Assembly: GCA_937925855.1 (NCBI GenBank)
Contig: CALAMO010000002.1
Span: 16,020-80,019 of the forward strand
Direction of reading: 5' to 3'
DNA length: 64,000 nucleotides
Source: an uncultured Thiotrichaceae bacterium
Lineage (GTDB): Bacteria > Pseudomonadota > Gammaproteobacteria > Thiotrichales > Thiotrichaceae
Below are positions 50,157-60,099 of this stretch, in pieces. The notes below the pieces were generated by a model that saw only the letters and a program-made list of their open reading frames with translations, made no database searches and was not told the DNA's origin. Every line of letters begins with the position of its first letter. The first letter of the stretch is position 1. The translations under genes and the position numbers were made by a program.

Positions 50157-50564
50157 ATGAATAGCAAAATTAAGGGTAGCTGCTTATGCGGCAGGGTAAA
50201 GTTCACCTTAGTAAAAGATTTCAAGGCGTTTCACCTTTGCCACTGCAAGCAATGTCGGAAAATTACCGGTTCCGCCCACGCTTCGAACTTGTTTACCGCT
50301 CCCGAAAATATCGAGTGGAGCGCTGGCAAAGCGCTATTGCAGACCTTTGATCATCCCGATAATAATTTCCGTAAAGTATTCTGCCGTGAATGTGGTTCAG
50401 GCTTGCCCTATGAGTCGCGCCGCATCCCTATGCTAATTGTGCCTGCGGGCTCGCTTGATGATGAGCCAGAAACAGAACCTATGGATCATATCTTTTGGCA
50501 TGAGAAAGCCAAATGGTATGAGTCTGTCAGCGATAAAGTTACTTTTGACGGCTTTCCTGCCTAG
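50157..50564 (+). CDS. GFA/CENP-V family zinc protein (glutathione-dependent formaldehyde-activating enzyme-like)
   Basis: CLCGRVKF...CHCKQCRK...CRECG cysteine pattern. 135 aa. Confidence 0.87.
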   Translation: MNSKIKGSCLCGRVKFTLVKDFKAFHLCHCKQCRKITGSAHASNLFTAPENIEWSAGKALLQTFDHPDNNFRKVFCRECGSGLPYESRRIPMLIVPAGSLDDEPETEPMDHIFWHEKAKWYESVSDKVTFDGFPA

Positions 50565-50677
50565 TGCACGGTCTCCTTTGTGACCTGCCGCGACACATTC
50601 AGTGTCAATATTTAACCTCAGAGGTTGCATAACCTACATATTAATGAATTTGATATAAAAAATAAGGGCGTTTTGTA

Positions 50678-51226
50678 ATGAAAAAATTTAGTAGTAAAAT
50701 GAATGGGTTAAGGCTGAATTCTGGTCTTCTTTCGGCCATGATTGTGCTGATGATACCCTTCAATAGTACAGTAGCCAGTGAAATTAACACAACGCGGGCT
50801 GTACCGGACTATGGGAATAACGACTGTGTATCATTTAAATACAGTGCGGATACTAATCCGCTGAATTTCACCTTTGGTTATGCCTGCGTGTCTGAAAATT
50901 TCTGTGAGGTTTCTGAGCATGGCTGCGTCGATGAAGACTGTCAACACAGCGATTACAGCAGAGGCGTCCGCACTACGCTGACCCATATCTCAATGACGGC
51001 GCGGGTTGATCAGATCAGCCTGGGGGCGATGGGTGAAGATTTAGCTAGCCATGCGCAGTGGTGCTTGGTGCAAGATGGTGTGGGTAACTATTGGGCGCTG
51101 GACAAGCAGCGTGGCACCTCGGAGCTGTTCAGTCTTGATAATCAAAAGGAAACAGTGATTGCTTGTAAAGACACTGATTATTTCCATAGCGAACTTGGCT
51201 GTATGACTGGGGCTGCAGCGCAATAA
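50678..51226 (+). CDS. Hypothetical secreted cysteine-rich protein
   Basis: Signal-like N-terminus and 9 Cys in the mature part. No family recognised. AT-rich context. Confidence 0.5.
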   Translation: MKKFSSKMNGLRLNSGLLSAMIVLMIPFNSTVASEINTTRAVPDYGNNDCVSFKYSADTNPLNFTFGYACVSENFCEVSEHGCVDEDCQHSDYSRGVRTTLTHISMTARVDQISLGAMGEDLASHAQWCLVQDGVGNYWALDKQRGTSELFSLDNQKETVIACKDTDYFHSELGCMTGAAAQ

Positions 51227-51690
51227 TTTTTGTGCAAAAAGGTATGTGTCTAATGAATTAAAAATAGACACGAACATAGAGAATTTAACCTCTATTTCTG
51301 GTGATTCATTTAATCAGGGGTAAGCTAAAATTGGTCATAATTTGTTATTGATCGCTGAAAAATTGGGAAAAGAGTTTGAGTCACTTGCAAATAAGCAAAA
51401 TGGTTTCTTCGCATTTGAATAAAATTTTCTTATATTTTAATCTCAATAATTAAAATGCTCTTATTTATCAGGCAAATGGATTTCGCCTGATTTATGGCGC
51501 AATCATTACGTTGGGTTGACTGATGATTGGCTCAAACATGCCCTGATGGCAACGGTTCAGGGCCATGGGACACATCACCAACATAATTAATACTCTGAAA
51601 ACACCGGATAGAACGGAAACAGATTGAGTCACATATTTTTTAAAATTTTTTTGTGTTAAGTTCAACGTCTCCCTTTATTTGCGTTGACTC

Positions 51691-54015
51691 ATGATCCGAC
51701 TGCTGCATACATGCTTTGGAATACTACTGTTTTGCCTGCTTTTACCAACGACCAGCACAGCAGATAACGGCACCGTTAGTCCCTCACAATCGGCCCCAGG
51801 CCTTGACGATTACGCCCTTCAGGTCGAACAGGCGATTAAACGCTTTGAAAGCAATCGCGCTGATCCTGACATCCTGAAAACAATCAGCCGTGAAACCCTG
51901 GCCGCCGCCAATTACGCACAAGGCTGTATTGCTGAACAGGAAAGCAAAATAGCGAAAGTCACGGAATCGCTGGATAGTCTGGGGACAGTTCACCCCAATG
52001 AATCACTCTCAGCTCCCCACAAAGCGCTAGCCAAACAGAAACAAGAGGTCGAAAAAGTACTCTCACAGTGCCGTTTACTTAATGTTCGTACCAAAGACTT
52101 ACTGGAGCAGACCCAGACCGCTGAGCAGGACTTGCTGAAAGAGCGGATGTTTGCACGTAACCCCTCAGTATCTGATTTCATTTCAGGAGTGCTGGCCCAG
52201 CCACGCTCGCTACAACAGGAAGTGGAACAAATTCTGCGGACACTGGGCAATCTGCCACTTAATAAAGATAATTTTTATATGGCTTTGGTATACGGTGGAC
52301 TGGGACTGATAATTGGTTTTTTCTGGAGTTTATATAAACGGCGCACACCCGAAAACCAAACATCCGGCACGTTCCTAACCAGCCCAACGTTGGCTACTGT
52401 TTGGAATAGCATTATTCGGGTTTCCCCCGGCCTTTTAATGTTTGGCATGATCAATCTGAGCTTTCTGTTTGCTCCGGTTGGTATGCCTGCCGTGCATAAT
52501 CTGGCGCTGAGCTTATTGATGTTTACCATCAGCTACACGATTCTGCGCGCTATATTAAGGCCACAAAGCAGTCTGCATGGTTTCCAACCCTTACTCCCGA
52601 ACACGTCGCGCAAATTATTTTACTGGGGACGTTTGTTATTGCTCGCGACCTTAGCCAGTGCATTTTTTCAGTCCGTCCTGTTTGATACTGATCCGCTGAG
52701 TAATTTGGTTGGGTTAATTCGTCTTGGTCTCGGCACGCTGGCGGGGCTCGCCTTAATGTGTGTCTTATGGTTCCTGCGTAAGCCCATCCCCACGGTCAAA
52801 CAAGCTTATCTGCATTTCCTGTCCATTATTGTGATTTCAGTCGCGATTATTGCGCTCTGGCTGGGCTATACCAATTTTGCTATTTTTCTGTTTCAGGGGG
52901 TCGCGGGTACGCTGTTTATTCTCTTACTGGGCTGGTTACTGGTACGCATCCCCGCTGAAATGTTTGATGGCATGGATGCCGGCAATACGGTCTGGCAGCA
53001 AAGAATACGCCAAAAAATGGCCTTACAGGACGCGCAAATCGTTCCCGGCCTGATCTGGCTGCGACTCGTGCATATTCTGATTATTGGCAGTGTAGTCATT
53101 ATCGCTTTGCTGATGTTATGGGGCATGTCAGAACAGCAGCTCAACCTCATGGCCTCCCGTATCGCCAGCGGCTATGAGATCGGCGGTTTTACGCTGGAAC
53201 CACTCAGCATTCTCAGCGGTTTATCACTCCTGGCCTTTTTGATCTTGCTGACCCAGTTCGTTAAGCGCAGTCTGGCGCAACACTGGTTGACTAAAACCAA
53301 TCTGAGCCGGGGCGCAAGAGAGGCTACCGTCACCATTACCGGCTATGTTGGGGTAGCGACAGCGGTGTTTATGGGGCTGTCGATGGCGGGGATTAATTTT
53401 GGCAGTCTGGCGCTGATCGCCGGTGCGCTGTCGGTGGGTATTGGCTTTGGCCTACAGAATATCGTTAACAACTTTATCTCCGGCCTGATTTTATTGTTTG
53501 AGCGTCCGATCCGGCGCGGTGACTGGATTCGGGTCGGCGCATCTGAGGGTTATGTCAAAGACATCAGCATTCGTTCCACTATTATCAATACCTTTGACCG
53601 CGCTGACATTATTGTGCCGAATTCCGAACTAATCTCGAATCAGGTCACTAATATGATGCTGAACGATCCGGTGGGGCGCGTCATTATTCCGGTCAGAGTG
53701 GCGTATGGCGCTGATACGCAACAGGTGATGGATACCCTGCGCAGCGTAGCTGAAATTCATCCGGCGGTATTACGTGAACAGGGGAAATTACAGATTTGGG
53801 TATTGTTCCGCCGCTTTGGAGAAGATGCTATGCACTTTGAGCTGCGGTGTTATATTCGGGATGTGGAAGAAATTCTTAATATCACCAGTGAGCTGAATTT
53901 GGCGATAGATGGCGCTTTTCGTAAAGCGGGCATTAACATGCCTTACCCACGGCAAGTGGTGGAATTGGAAAGTAGTGATAACGCTCAGGATACAATTCCT
54001 AATCACAACCAATGA
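51691..54015 (+). CDS. Large mechanosensitive channel of the MscS superfamily (MscK/KefA-like)
   Basis: 774 aa. Signal peptide plus a periplasmic coiled coil, ~10 TM helices, and an MscS core (LQNIVNNFISGLILLFERPIRRGDWIRV). Confidence 0.9.
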   Translation: MIRLLHTCFGILLFCLLLPTTSTADNGTVSPSQSAPGLDDYALQVEQAIKRFESNRADPDILKTISRETLAAANYAQGCIAEQESKIAKVTESLDSLGTVHPNESLSAPHKALAKQKQEVEKVLSQCRLLNVRTKDLLEQTQTAEQDLLKERMFARNPSVSDFISGVLAQPRSLQQEVEQILRTLGNLPLNKDNFYMALVYGGLGLIIGFFWSLYKRRTPENQTSGTFLTSPTLATVWNSIIRVSPGLLMFGMINLSFLFAPVGMPAVHNLALSLLMFTISYTILRAILRPQSSLHGFQPLLPNTSRKLFYWGRLLLLATLASAFFQSVLFDTDPLSNLVGLIRLGLGTLAGLALMCVLWFLRKPIPTVKQAYLHFLSIIVISVAIIALWLGYTNFAIFLFQGVAGTLFILLLGWLLVRIPAEMFDGMDAGNTVWQQRIRQKMALQDAQIVPGLIWLRLVHILIIGSVVIIALLMLWGMSEQQLNLMASRIASGYEIGGFTLEPLSILSGLSLLAFLILLTQFVKRSLAQHWLTKTNLSRGAREATVTITGYVGVATAVFMGLSMAGINFGSLALIAGALSVGIGFGLQNIVNNFISGLILLFERPIRRGDWIRVGASEGYVKDISIRSTIINTFDRADIIVPNSELISNQVTNMMLNDPVGRVIIPVRVAYGADTQQVMDTLRSVAEIHPAVLREQGKLQIWVLFRRFGEDAMHFELRCYIRDVEEILNITSELNLAIDGAFRKAGINMPYPRQVVELESSDNAQDTIPNHNQ

Positions 54016-54089
54016 TTGCGCTTAAACAGCCATAACATAACAGCGATTAACGCCAAAATGATTCCACGGGGCGCGACATAATTTTTTAC

Positions 54090-55130
54090 TCAGAACAGAT
54101 GAGTTTCACCATCGGGATCAATTTCATGGTGAAATTGTTTGAGCGTGCCGTCGATATCATCCTTAGCGCCAATTCTTGCGATATGAAACAGTGCTTCTCC
54201 CTCATGCACCAAAGGCAGGGTAGAATGACCAATCAGGATCCCACTCAATGGTGAGTAAACAATTTCTTCTGTCAAACCGGTGGGATCAGCGACGTAGCCC
54301 ATAATGTCGCCGCTGTTTATCTGTTCACCCATGGACTTGGCCAGTCGCAAAATACCGCTTTGTGGCGCGCGTACCCAACGACTGCCCTGACTGAATAGCG
54401 AAGCAGCCGGTGGTTTACCTGCCTTACGCGGCGGTAACATGCCGAGATGACGCATTGTAGAGAGAATGCCGCGCACACCTGCCCGGATAGATATTTCATC
54501 AAAACGTAAGGCTTCTCCGGCTTCGTATAGCATCACCTGCGTATCATATTCGGATGCTACACTGCGCAATGAGCCATCACGGGTTGGCGCATCTAATATT
54601 ACTGGGCTATGAAAGGCCTGCGCCATAGCGAGCATATCGGGACTGTCGGCAAGATCCGTGCGGATTTGCGGTAGGTTACTGCGCCCAATAGCAGCCGTAT
54701 GTAAGTCAATACCGTGGGTACAACAGGTCACAATGTTGTCGATAAAAAGTTTTGCTATTTGTCCGGCTAGGGAGCCACGCTCACTGCCGGGGAAGCAGCG
54801 ATTTAAATCACGCCGATCAGGCAAATAGCGCGACTTATTATTAAACCCAAACACATTGACCACCGGCACTGCGATTAATGTGCCCCTCAAACGCTCCAGC
54901 GCTTTAGTACGCAACAGTCGCCGAATGATTTCTACGCCATTAATTTCATCGCCATGAATGGCCGCACAAACAAACAGACAGGGCCCGTCCCGACGTCCAT
55001 GGATAATATGAACAGGCATATTCACTTCTGAGTGCGAATACAAATGTGGGAGGCGAAGATTTATGCCTCTACGCTCTCCAGCCCGCACGGAGAAACCACC
55101 TACTGTTATTGCTTTGCGCTGTATTGCCAT
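54090..55130 (-). CDS. Succinylglutamate desuccinylase/aspartoacylase (AstE/AspA) family zinc hydrolase
   Basis: AIHGDEINGVEI zinc-binding motif. I prefer the start at ATG 55130, which avoids overlap with rimK; the track start is 55187. Confidence 0.85.
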   Translation of the reverse strand: MAIQRKAITVGGFSVRAGERRGINLRLPHLYSHSEVNMPVHIIHGRRDGPCLFVCAAIHGDEINGVEIIRRLLRTKALERLRGTLIAVPVVNVFGFNNKSRYLPDRRDLNRCFPGSERGSLAGQIAKLFIDNIVTCCTHGIDLHTAAIGRSNLPQIRTDLADSPDMLAMAQAFHSPVILDAPTRDGSLRSVASEYDTQVMLYEAGEALRFDEISIRAGVRGILSTMRHLGMLPPRKAGKPPAASLFSQGSRWVRAPQSGILRLAKSMGEQINSGDIMGYVADPTGLTEEIVYSPLSGILIGHSTLPLVHEGEALFHIARIGAKDDIDGTLKQFHHEIDPDGETHLF

Positions 55131-55137
55131 GTGTAAG

Positions 55138-56043
55138 CTAGCCTTTACCTTTAGTGGCGGTTTTACCGGGTTTTGCCTTGCTCTCAATGAATTTGATGAT
55201 TAGCTCAGCAACATTTTTACCACTAGCGGCCTCAATACCTTCCAGCCCCGGCGATGAGTTAACTTCCATCACTACGGGGCCATGGTTCGCGCGCAGCAAA
55301 TCAACCCCGGCCACGTTTAATCCCATGGCTTGGGCCGAACGCACCGCTGTTGAGCGCTCTTCCGGCGTTAACCGGATCAGCGAAGCGGCGCCACCACGAT
55401 GCAAATTAGAACGAAACTCACCGGGCGCACCCTGGCGCTTCATCGCCGCAACCACCTTACCGCCCACCACAAAACAACGGATGTCCGCGCCACCGGCTTC
55501 TTTGATAAATTCCTGTACCAAAATGTTAGCTTTCAAGCCCATAAAGCCTTCGATTACACTTTCAGCCGCCTTCTGCGTTTCCGCCAGCACCACACCAATA
55601 CCTTGGGTACCCTCCAGCAGCTTGACCACTAATGGTGCACCGCCCACCAGCTTAATAACTTCTTGCACATCATCAGGTTTATTAGCAAAGCCCGTCACCG
55701 GCAAACCAATACCTTTACGCGATAACAATTGCAGAGAGCGTAGTTTGTCTCTGGAGCGTGTCAGCGCCACTGATTCATTAACGGGATAAACGCCCATCAT
55801 CTCAAACTGACGCAACACCGCCGCACCATAAAACGTAACCGAGGCACCAATACGCGGAATAACCGCATCGAAGTCATCCAGTGCCTGCCCCCGGAAGTAA
55901 ATCATGGGTTTATGTGAAGCAATATTCATATAGCAGCGCAACACATCGATCACTTGGACGGTATGGCCGCGTTTTTCTGCGGCCTCGATCAATCGGCGCG
56001 TTGAGTAGAGTTTCGCGTTTCTGGAAAGAATAGCGATTTTCAT
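55138..56043 (-). CDS. rimK: Ribosomal protein S6 L-glutamate ligase RimK (ATP-grasp)
   Basis: MKIAILSRN...LYSTRRL N-terminus, ATP-grasp motifs, 301 aa. Confidence 0.95.
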   Translation of the reverse strand: MKIAILSRNAKLYSTRRLIEAAEKRGHTVQVIDVLRCYMNIASHKPMIYFRGQALDDFDAVIPRIGASVTFYGAAVLRQFEMMGVYPVNESVALTRSRDKLRSLQLLSRKGIGLPVTGFANKPDDVQEVIKLVGGAPLVVKLLEGTQGIGVVLAETQKAAESVIEGFMGLKANILVQEFIKEAGGADIRCFVVGGKVVAAMKRQGAPGEFRSNLHRGGAASLIRLTPEERSTAVRSAQAMGLNVAGVDLLRANHGPVVMEVNSSPGLEGIEAASGKNVAELIIKFIESKAKPGKTATKGKG

Positions 56044-56549
56044 AAGTTTGCTTCCTTGGTCACAGGTAGTGTCTTATCGTAATAATAGCGTGTTATCGAC
56101 TTTCCTTTACGTTTACCTTGCAGATATGAGCGTGCGGGGTTTACCAAAAAGGTGTTTTTTATCGCCTGGCGGCCCACCAGCATCCTGAAACGCATGCTGT
56201 CACGATTGGTCAGGGTCAACTCAATTGGCCAGGAAGCTTGACCAATCTGTAACGTAGTCTCGATGACATAGCGCATTTCGATATGTCCCCCAGAATCTTT
56301 CACCAAACGCTCATCTTTTAGCAATGCGCTGCCGACAACGACTGTTTCGAAGTCTCGCTGTATCGGGTGTATCTGAAAGCGCACTCTGTCCCGACCAGAT
56401 TGGCGGTAACGTTCTACCCCAAAAGCATGTAAAGCAGAGGTACGCGCACCCGTGTCGATTTTTGCCTTGATGACAGGCAAGCCCAGCTCAGGCAGTGAAA
56501 CCCACTCACGCCATCCTAATGTTGCCGGTGGGTCAGGTCTTTTGGTCAT
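56040..56549 (-). CDS. RimK-associated retropepsin-like 'ATP-dependent zinc protease' family protein
   Basis: [31 protein letters not shown] hallmark. The stop overlaps the rimK start (ATGA). Confidence 0.85.
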   Translation of the reverse strand: MTKRPDPPATLGWREWVSLPELGLPVIKAKIDTGARTSALHAFGVERYRQSGRDRVRFQIHPIQRDFETVVVGSALLKDERLVKDSGGHIEMRYVIETTLQIGQASWPIELTLTNRDSMRFRMLVGRQAIKNTFLVNPARSYLQGKRKGKSITRYYYDKTLPVTKEANL

Positions 56550-56628
56550 GATCGGTATCTGATTTAGTGCATTAGTTCATGCAAACAAGGCTTCATTAAA
56601 GTGCGAGGTATCTGAAATTCTTTCAAAA

Positions 56629-56692
56629 CCGTGTGGCAATATGCGAGATGACTGCTTTATCTTGCCTATTTTCATAGGCTATTGCCACACGG
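56629..56692 (-). terminator. Long hairpin (13-bp perfect arms), probable terminator of the outer-membrane protein gene
   Basis: CCGTGTGGCAATA (56629-56641) pairs with TATTGCCACACGG (56680-56692). A nested GCCTAT/ATAGGC hairpin lies inside. On the minus strand it is followed by TTTTGAAAG. Confidence 0.5.
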
Positions 56693-56763
56693 AAACATGA
56701 TTAAAGGGCAGTAAGGCGGAGGAACCACCCCTTAGTGTTTTTTAAACATCCATAAAGTCCATA

Positions 56764-57960
56764 TTAACGCAAACGGTAACGTACACCCATCAACACGGCT
56801 CGGTCAGTACCATCTGGGTTATTCACATCACTGCTGCCACTTACATTAGCAATACGCGCTGTAGTGGTGAAATCCAGCGAATTACTGAGTTCATAGATAA
56901 AGCTCGAACTCAGGGTATTCGTCGTCACATCATCATCGTTCTGCGAGTTTTTCGCATAGTCCAGTGCCCAGGTGTTTTCCCAGTCAATCCGGTCATCAAT
57001 TTCATGCGTCAACGATAGATTGTTACTCAAATTATAAGCATTATCACCGTCATTAATAATGGTACGCAGCGTCGCTTCATTCGACAACTGGGTCTGATTA
57101 CTTAGCGGCATGTGGTATTCCGCACCCGCTTCTAAAGCAGGCTTATTCTTCAGTCCATCGAAGTTAGTCCCAACGTAGCCTAAGCCCGCACGTACCTTCC
57201 AGCCATAACGACGCACCGAAATATTTTCGTTCAACAGTACATCACGCGCCTTCAGAACACCGGCAACGTTCAAGCCATTAGCCGCCACACCGCTGTTCCT
57301 TAATGCGGCTTCAATGTCCGCAATCCACACCAGCGCATAATCTTTAGCACCGTGTTTGCTTAAATACTGAGCTTCGCGTGAAATAATGCGGGCAATTTTT
57401 TGATAAGTCACTTTATCGGGTTTCGCCGTAATTGCACTGCGCTGATGCAGTTCGTCCATAATACGGATCGCTTTTGCCATCGGCGTGACATTAACCACAC
57501 GACCATAACCTACACCGACACCCGCAGTCGTTTCTAGGTCGTCAAATGCATCATTTGCACGTACTGAGGCACTGCCATACCAGAATGCACCATTGCTACC
57601 TGGCTGGAAGTAATTGTCAGCCGTCACACTAGCGCCAGCAGTGTAGCTGCTTTCGCTGTTCGCATCGGCAGTACCCGCACGGTTTACTTGACCATCTGCA
57701 TCGGCTTTGATGTTGAGGTCTCTGTCTGGTGTGCTGAGTGTACGGTCAAAGTTCGCATTAACGTTGAAGGTGTACTGCGCTTGATCATCACCACGGTTCT
57801 TACCAAAAAAGGCGCTACCGTTGATGTAGGCTTCTTCATAAGCGCTGCTGGCTTCCTGATAGTCAAACAGGGTGACCGGCGAGATGCTCATGCCTAAGTC
57901 GCTGGCCTGTGCGCTACTGGCTATACCGGTAATAATGACTGCTAAAATTTGCTTTTTCAT
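56764..57960 (-). CDS. Putative outer-membrane beta-barrel protein with a helical insert
   Basis: Signal peptide MKKQILAVIITGIASSAQA. Alternating-hydrophobicity strands rich in N/S/T/Y/G. The central segment (aa ~155-235) looks helical. No family recognised. Confidence 0.62.
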   Translation of the reverse strand: MKKQILAVIITGIASSAQASDLGMSISPVTLFDYQEASSAYEEAYINGSAFFGKNRGDDQAQYTFNVNANFDRTLSTPDRDLNIKADADGQVNRAGTADANSESSYTAGASVTADNYFQPGSNGAFWYGSASVRANDAFDDLETTAGVGVGYGRVVNVTPMAKAIRIMDELHQRSAITAKPDKVTYQKIARIISREAQYLSKHGAKDYALVWIADIEAALRNSGVAANGLNVAGVLKARDVLLNENISVRRYGWKVRAGLGYVGTNFDGLKNKPALEAGAEYHMPLSNQTQLSNEATLRTIINDGDNAYNLSNNLSLTHEIDDRIDWENTWALDYAKNSQNDDDVTTNTLSSSFIYELSNSLDFTTTARIANVSGSSDVNNPDGTDRAVLMGVRYRLR

Positions 57961-58189
57961 GGGTTGACTCCAATAGAATTAATCTTTAATTGCTCAAAAT
58001 TCGGTTGTTACCCAACGCTTTTATGCGCTGTCGTAGAAGTGAGAGGGCGTTGCTTCCAGGAAAGTCACAAATTTTGAGTTTTTTTTAACTTTTGCTGGAA
58101 TGCCCATCAAATGGGTGTGCAATGACCTGGATAAAAAATAGTTTGCGTTATGATGTGACTTTCTCTCACTTCAACCCCTCAGAAAAAAT

Positions 58190-58780
58190 ATGAGCACTAC
58201 AGAAATCGCTTTGCAGGATATGGATGACAGCGCACTGATTGCGCGTTGCTGTACTGAGTTGCCCTATGTTATGCATGCCTTCGGTGAGCTGGTAAAGCGC
58301 CACGAGCGTTATGTCTTTAATGTCTGTCGCCGCTATCTCGGCTCAGAAGATGATGCTGAAGACGGTACGCAGGAAGTATTCATGCGTGTGTTTCATGCTC
58401 TGCCGCAGTTTGAAGGACGCGCGCAGTTTCGTACCTGGCTGTACCGCATCGCGATGAATCACTGCCATGAAGTGTCTCAAAAAAACAAGCGCTACATGTC
58501 ATATGACTATGAAGAAGCGCTGGACGATCCGGCAATGCACCTCGCAGAGGAGGACTTGCCGGATGCGATGCTGGATGCGGCGGACGAACGCGACTGTGTA
58601 CAACGCAGCCTGACGCAAATGCGCACCCAGGATATGGAAATACTAAACCTGCGTTTTATGGGCGAACTGTCGTTAGAAGACATCGCTAGTACGCTGGGCA
58701 GCAAACTCAGCGCCACTAAAATGCGTTTTTACCGGGCAATGGAAAGCTTCCGGGGCATTTACGAAAAATTATGTATGTGA
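58190..58780 (+). CDS. ECF-type RNA polymerase sigma factor
   Basis: Sigma-70 region 2 (FRTWLYRIAMNHC) and region 4 (LRFMGELSLEDIASTLGSKLSATKMRFYRA). 196 aa. Confidence 0.9.
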   Translation: MSTTEIALQDMDDSALIARCCTELPYVMHAFGELVKRHERYVFNVCRRYLGSEDDAEDGTQEVFMRVFHALPQFEGRAQFRTWLYRIAMNHCHEVSQKNKRYMSYDYEEALDDPAMHLAEEDLPDAMLDAADERDCVQRSLTQMRTQDMEILNLRFMGELSLEDIASTLGSKLSATKMRFYRAMESFRGIYEKLCM

Positions 58781-58787
58781 GAAAGCT

Positions 58788-59063
58788 ATGAACAAACCAT
58801 CAGACTCCTGGGAATCACAGGATACGGCGCAATTGGAGAACGAATTGCGCCGTATCTGGCAGAGCGCCGCCAATACCCGCAAAGCCACCGCCCCCCGACG
58901 AGTCACAGCGATTCTGGAACAATCGCAGGCCGAACTGTCGCTGCGTGATTCATTCAATTTTTTTATTTATTTAGGGGAGGCTTGTGCTGTGTTAGCCGCC
59001 ACAATCGTGCATTTACCCTTCACCAGTGAACACCCAAGCCAAGCTCAGGATGCCAAGAAATGA
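58788..59063 (+). CDS. Putative anti-sigma factor (single TM, 91 aa)
   Basis: Lies 8 nt after the sigma gene. One hydrophobic helix (FFIYLGEACAVLAATIV). The call rests on position only. Confidence 0.45.
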   Translation: MNKPSDSWESQDTAQLENELRRIWQSAANTRKATAPRRVTAILEQSQAELSLRDSFNFFIYLGEACAVLAATIVHLPFTSEHPSQAQDAKK

Positions 59064-59950
59064 CTCAGGCCAAAGAAGAACTCAGCAAAAACATCGAAAC
59101 AGCAAAAGAAGCGCTCAAGCTAGAAAATATTCAGAACACCGCGATTGACCCACTTGTGCAAATGTGGGCCAGCTTTATTGGCTTTTTACCTAAGCTCATC
59201 ACTGCCGGTTTTACGCTGCTGGTGGGGCTAATTATTGGTTATTTGCTGAGTAAAGCGGCCGCTTCATTGCTGCGTCGCTTAGGTATTGATCGTCTGGGAC
59301 GTAATGCCGGTGTTAGTGACATGATGACAGAGCGAGGCTTAAGCAGCAGGCCATCCAAATTGATCGGTAAAGTGGTATTCTGGCTGGTAGCGTTTACCGC
59401 TTTTATACCGTCTATTAAGCTATTAGGCATTAAAGAACTGACAGAGATTACGCAGACCTTTGTGCTCTTTCTGCCTAAGTTGATTATTGCCATCCTGATT
59501 ATGGTGCTAGGCCTAGTCATTGCTAATTCCCTACGCAAAAGCCTACAAAACAGTAAAAACCGCCTTGGCCTGAAATCAACTAAGGCGGTAGGTAATTTGG
59601 TCTATGGCTTAACCGCTGCCATTACCGTCGTGGTAGCATTGAACCAGCTGGAGCTGGATACTCGTTTATTGCACACCGTATTAATCACCTTCATTGCGTC
59701 CATCTGTGCAGCTATCGCACTGGCTGTGGGCCTGGGGGGGCGCGATCTGGCACAAAATTTGGTCGCCAGTTCTTATGCGCGTGAATCGTTCAAGCCGGGC
59801 CAGCACATCACATTCGGCGAATATAGCGGTATCTTGATAGAAGTACGTGCGCAAAATACAATTTTAGCGCTTGAGAACGGTGGACAACTCTCTATCCCTA
59901 ACAGTCTTTTATTTGAGCAAACGGTGCAAAGCTACAGTGCGGTAGAGTGA
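59060..59950 (+). CDS. Conserved-TM-helix-repeat / MscS-like membrane protein
   Basis: The start overlaps the preceding stop (ATGA). Repeated TM-helix modules (FLPKLITAGFTLLVGLIIG, FLPKLIIAILIMVLGLVIA). C-terminal beta segment like the MscS middle domain. Confidence 0.72.
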   Translation: MTQAKEELSKNIETAKEALKLENIQNTAIDPLVQMWASFIGFLPKLITAGFTLLVGLIIGYLLSKAAASLLRRLGIDRLGRNAGVSDMMTERGLSSRPSKLIGKVVFWLVAFTAFIPSIKLLGIKELTEITQTFVLFLPKLIIAILIMVLGLVIANSLRKSLQNSKNRLGLKSTKAVGNLVYGLTAAITVVVALNQLELDTRLLHTVLITFIASICAAIALAVGLGGRDLAQNLVASSYARESFKPGQHITFGEYSGILIEVRAQNTILALENGGQLSIPNSLLFEQTVQSYSAVE

Positions 59951-60099
59951 GGTTGAATTAGAATGTAGCTTGTTTCCCACTCAAACCCAAGCAACCGGTG
60001 ACGCCACCCGTTTCCGGGGTTAGAATGCTCCTAACTATCGCTCAATCTATCGCTTAATCAGCAACAACTACAGCTAACAAGAGACATCAGGAGATTGTC

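Noticed and set aside
51340-51600. Short open stretches (for example ...AEKLGKEFESLANKQNGFFAFE*) that looked like the remains of a disrupted gene
   Set aside because: I cannot assign them to any family from memory, and the frames do not join into a coherent protein. They are kept only as a low-interest note in the findings.
55154-55789. 211-aa plus-strand ORF antisense to rimK
   Set aside because: rimK on the minus strand is unambiguous (ATP-grasp motifs across its full length). The antisense ORF is Pro/Ser/Ala/Thr-rich and has no SD.
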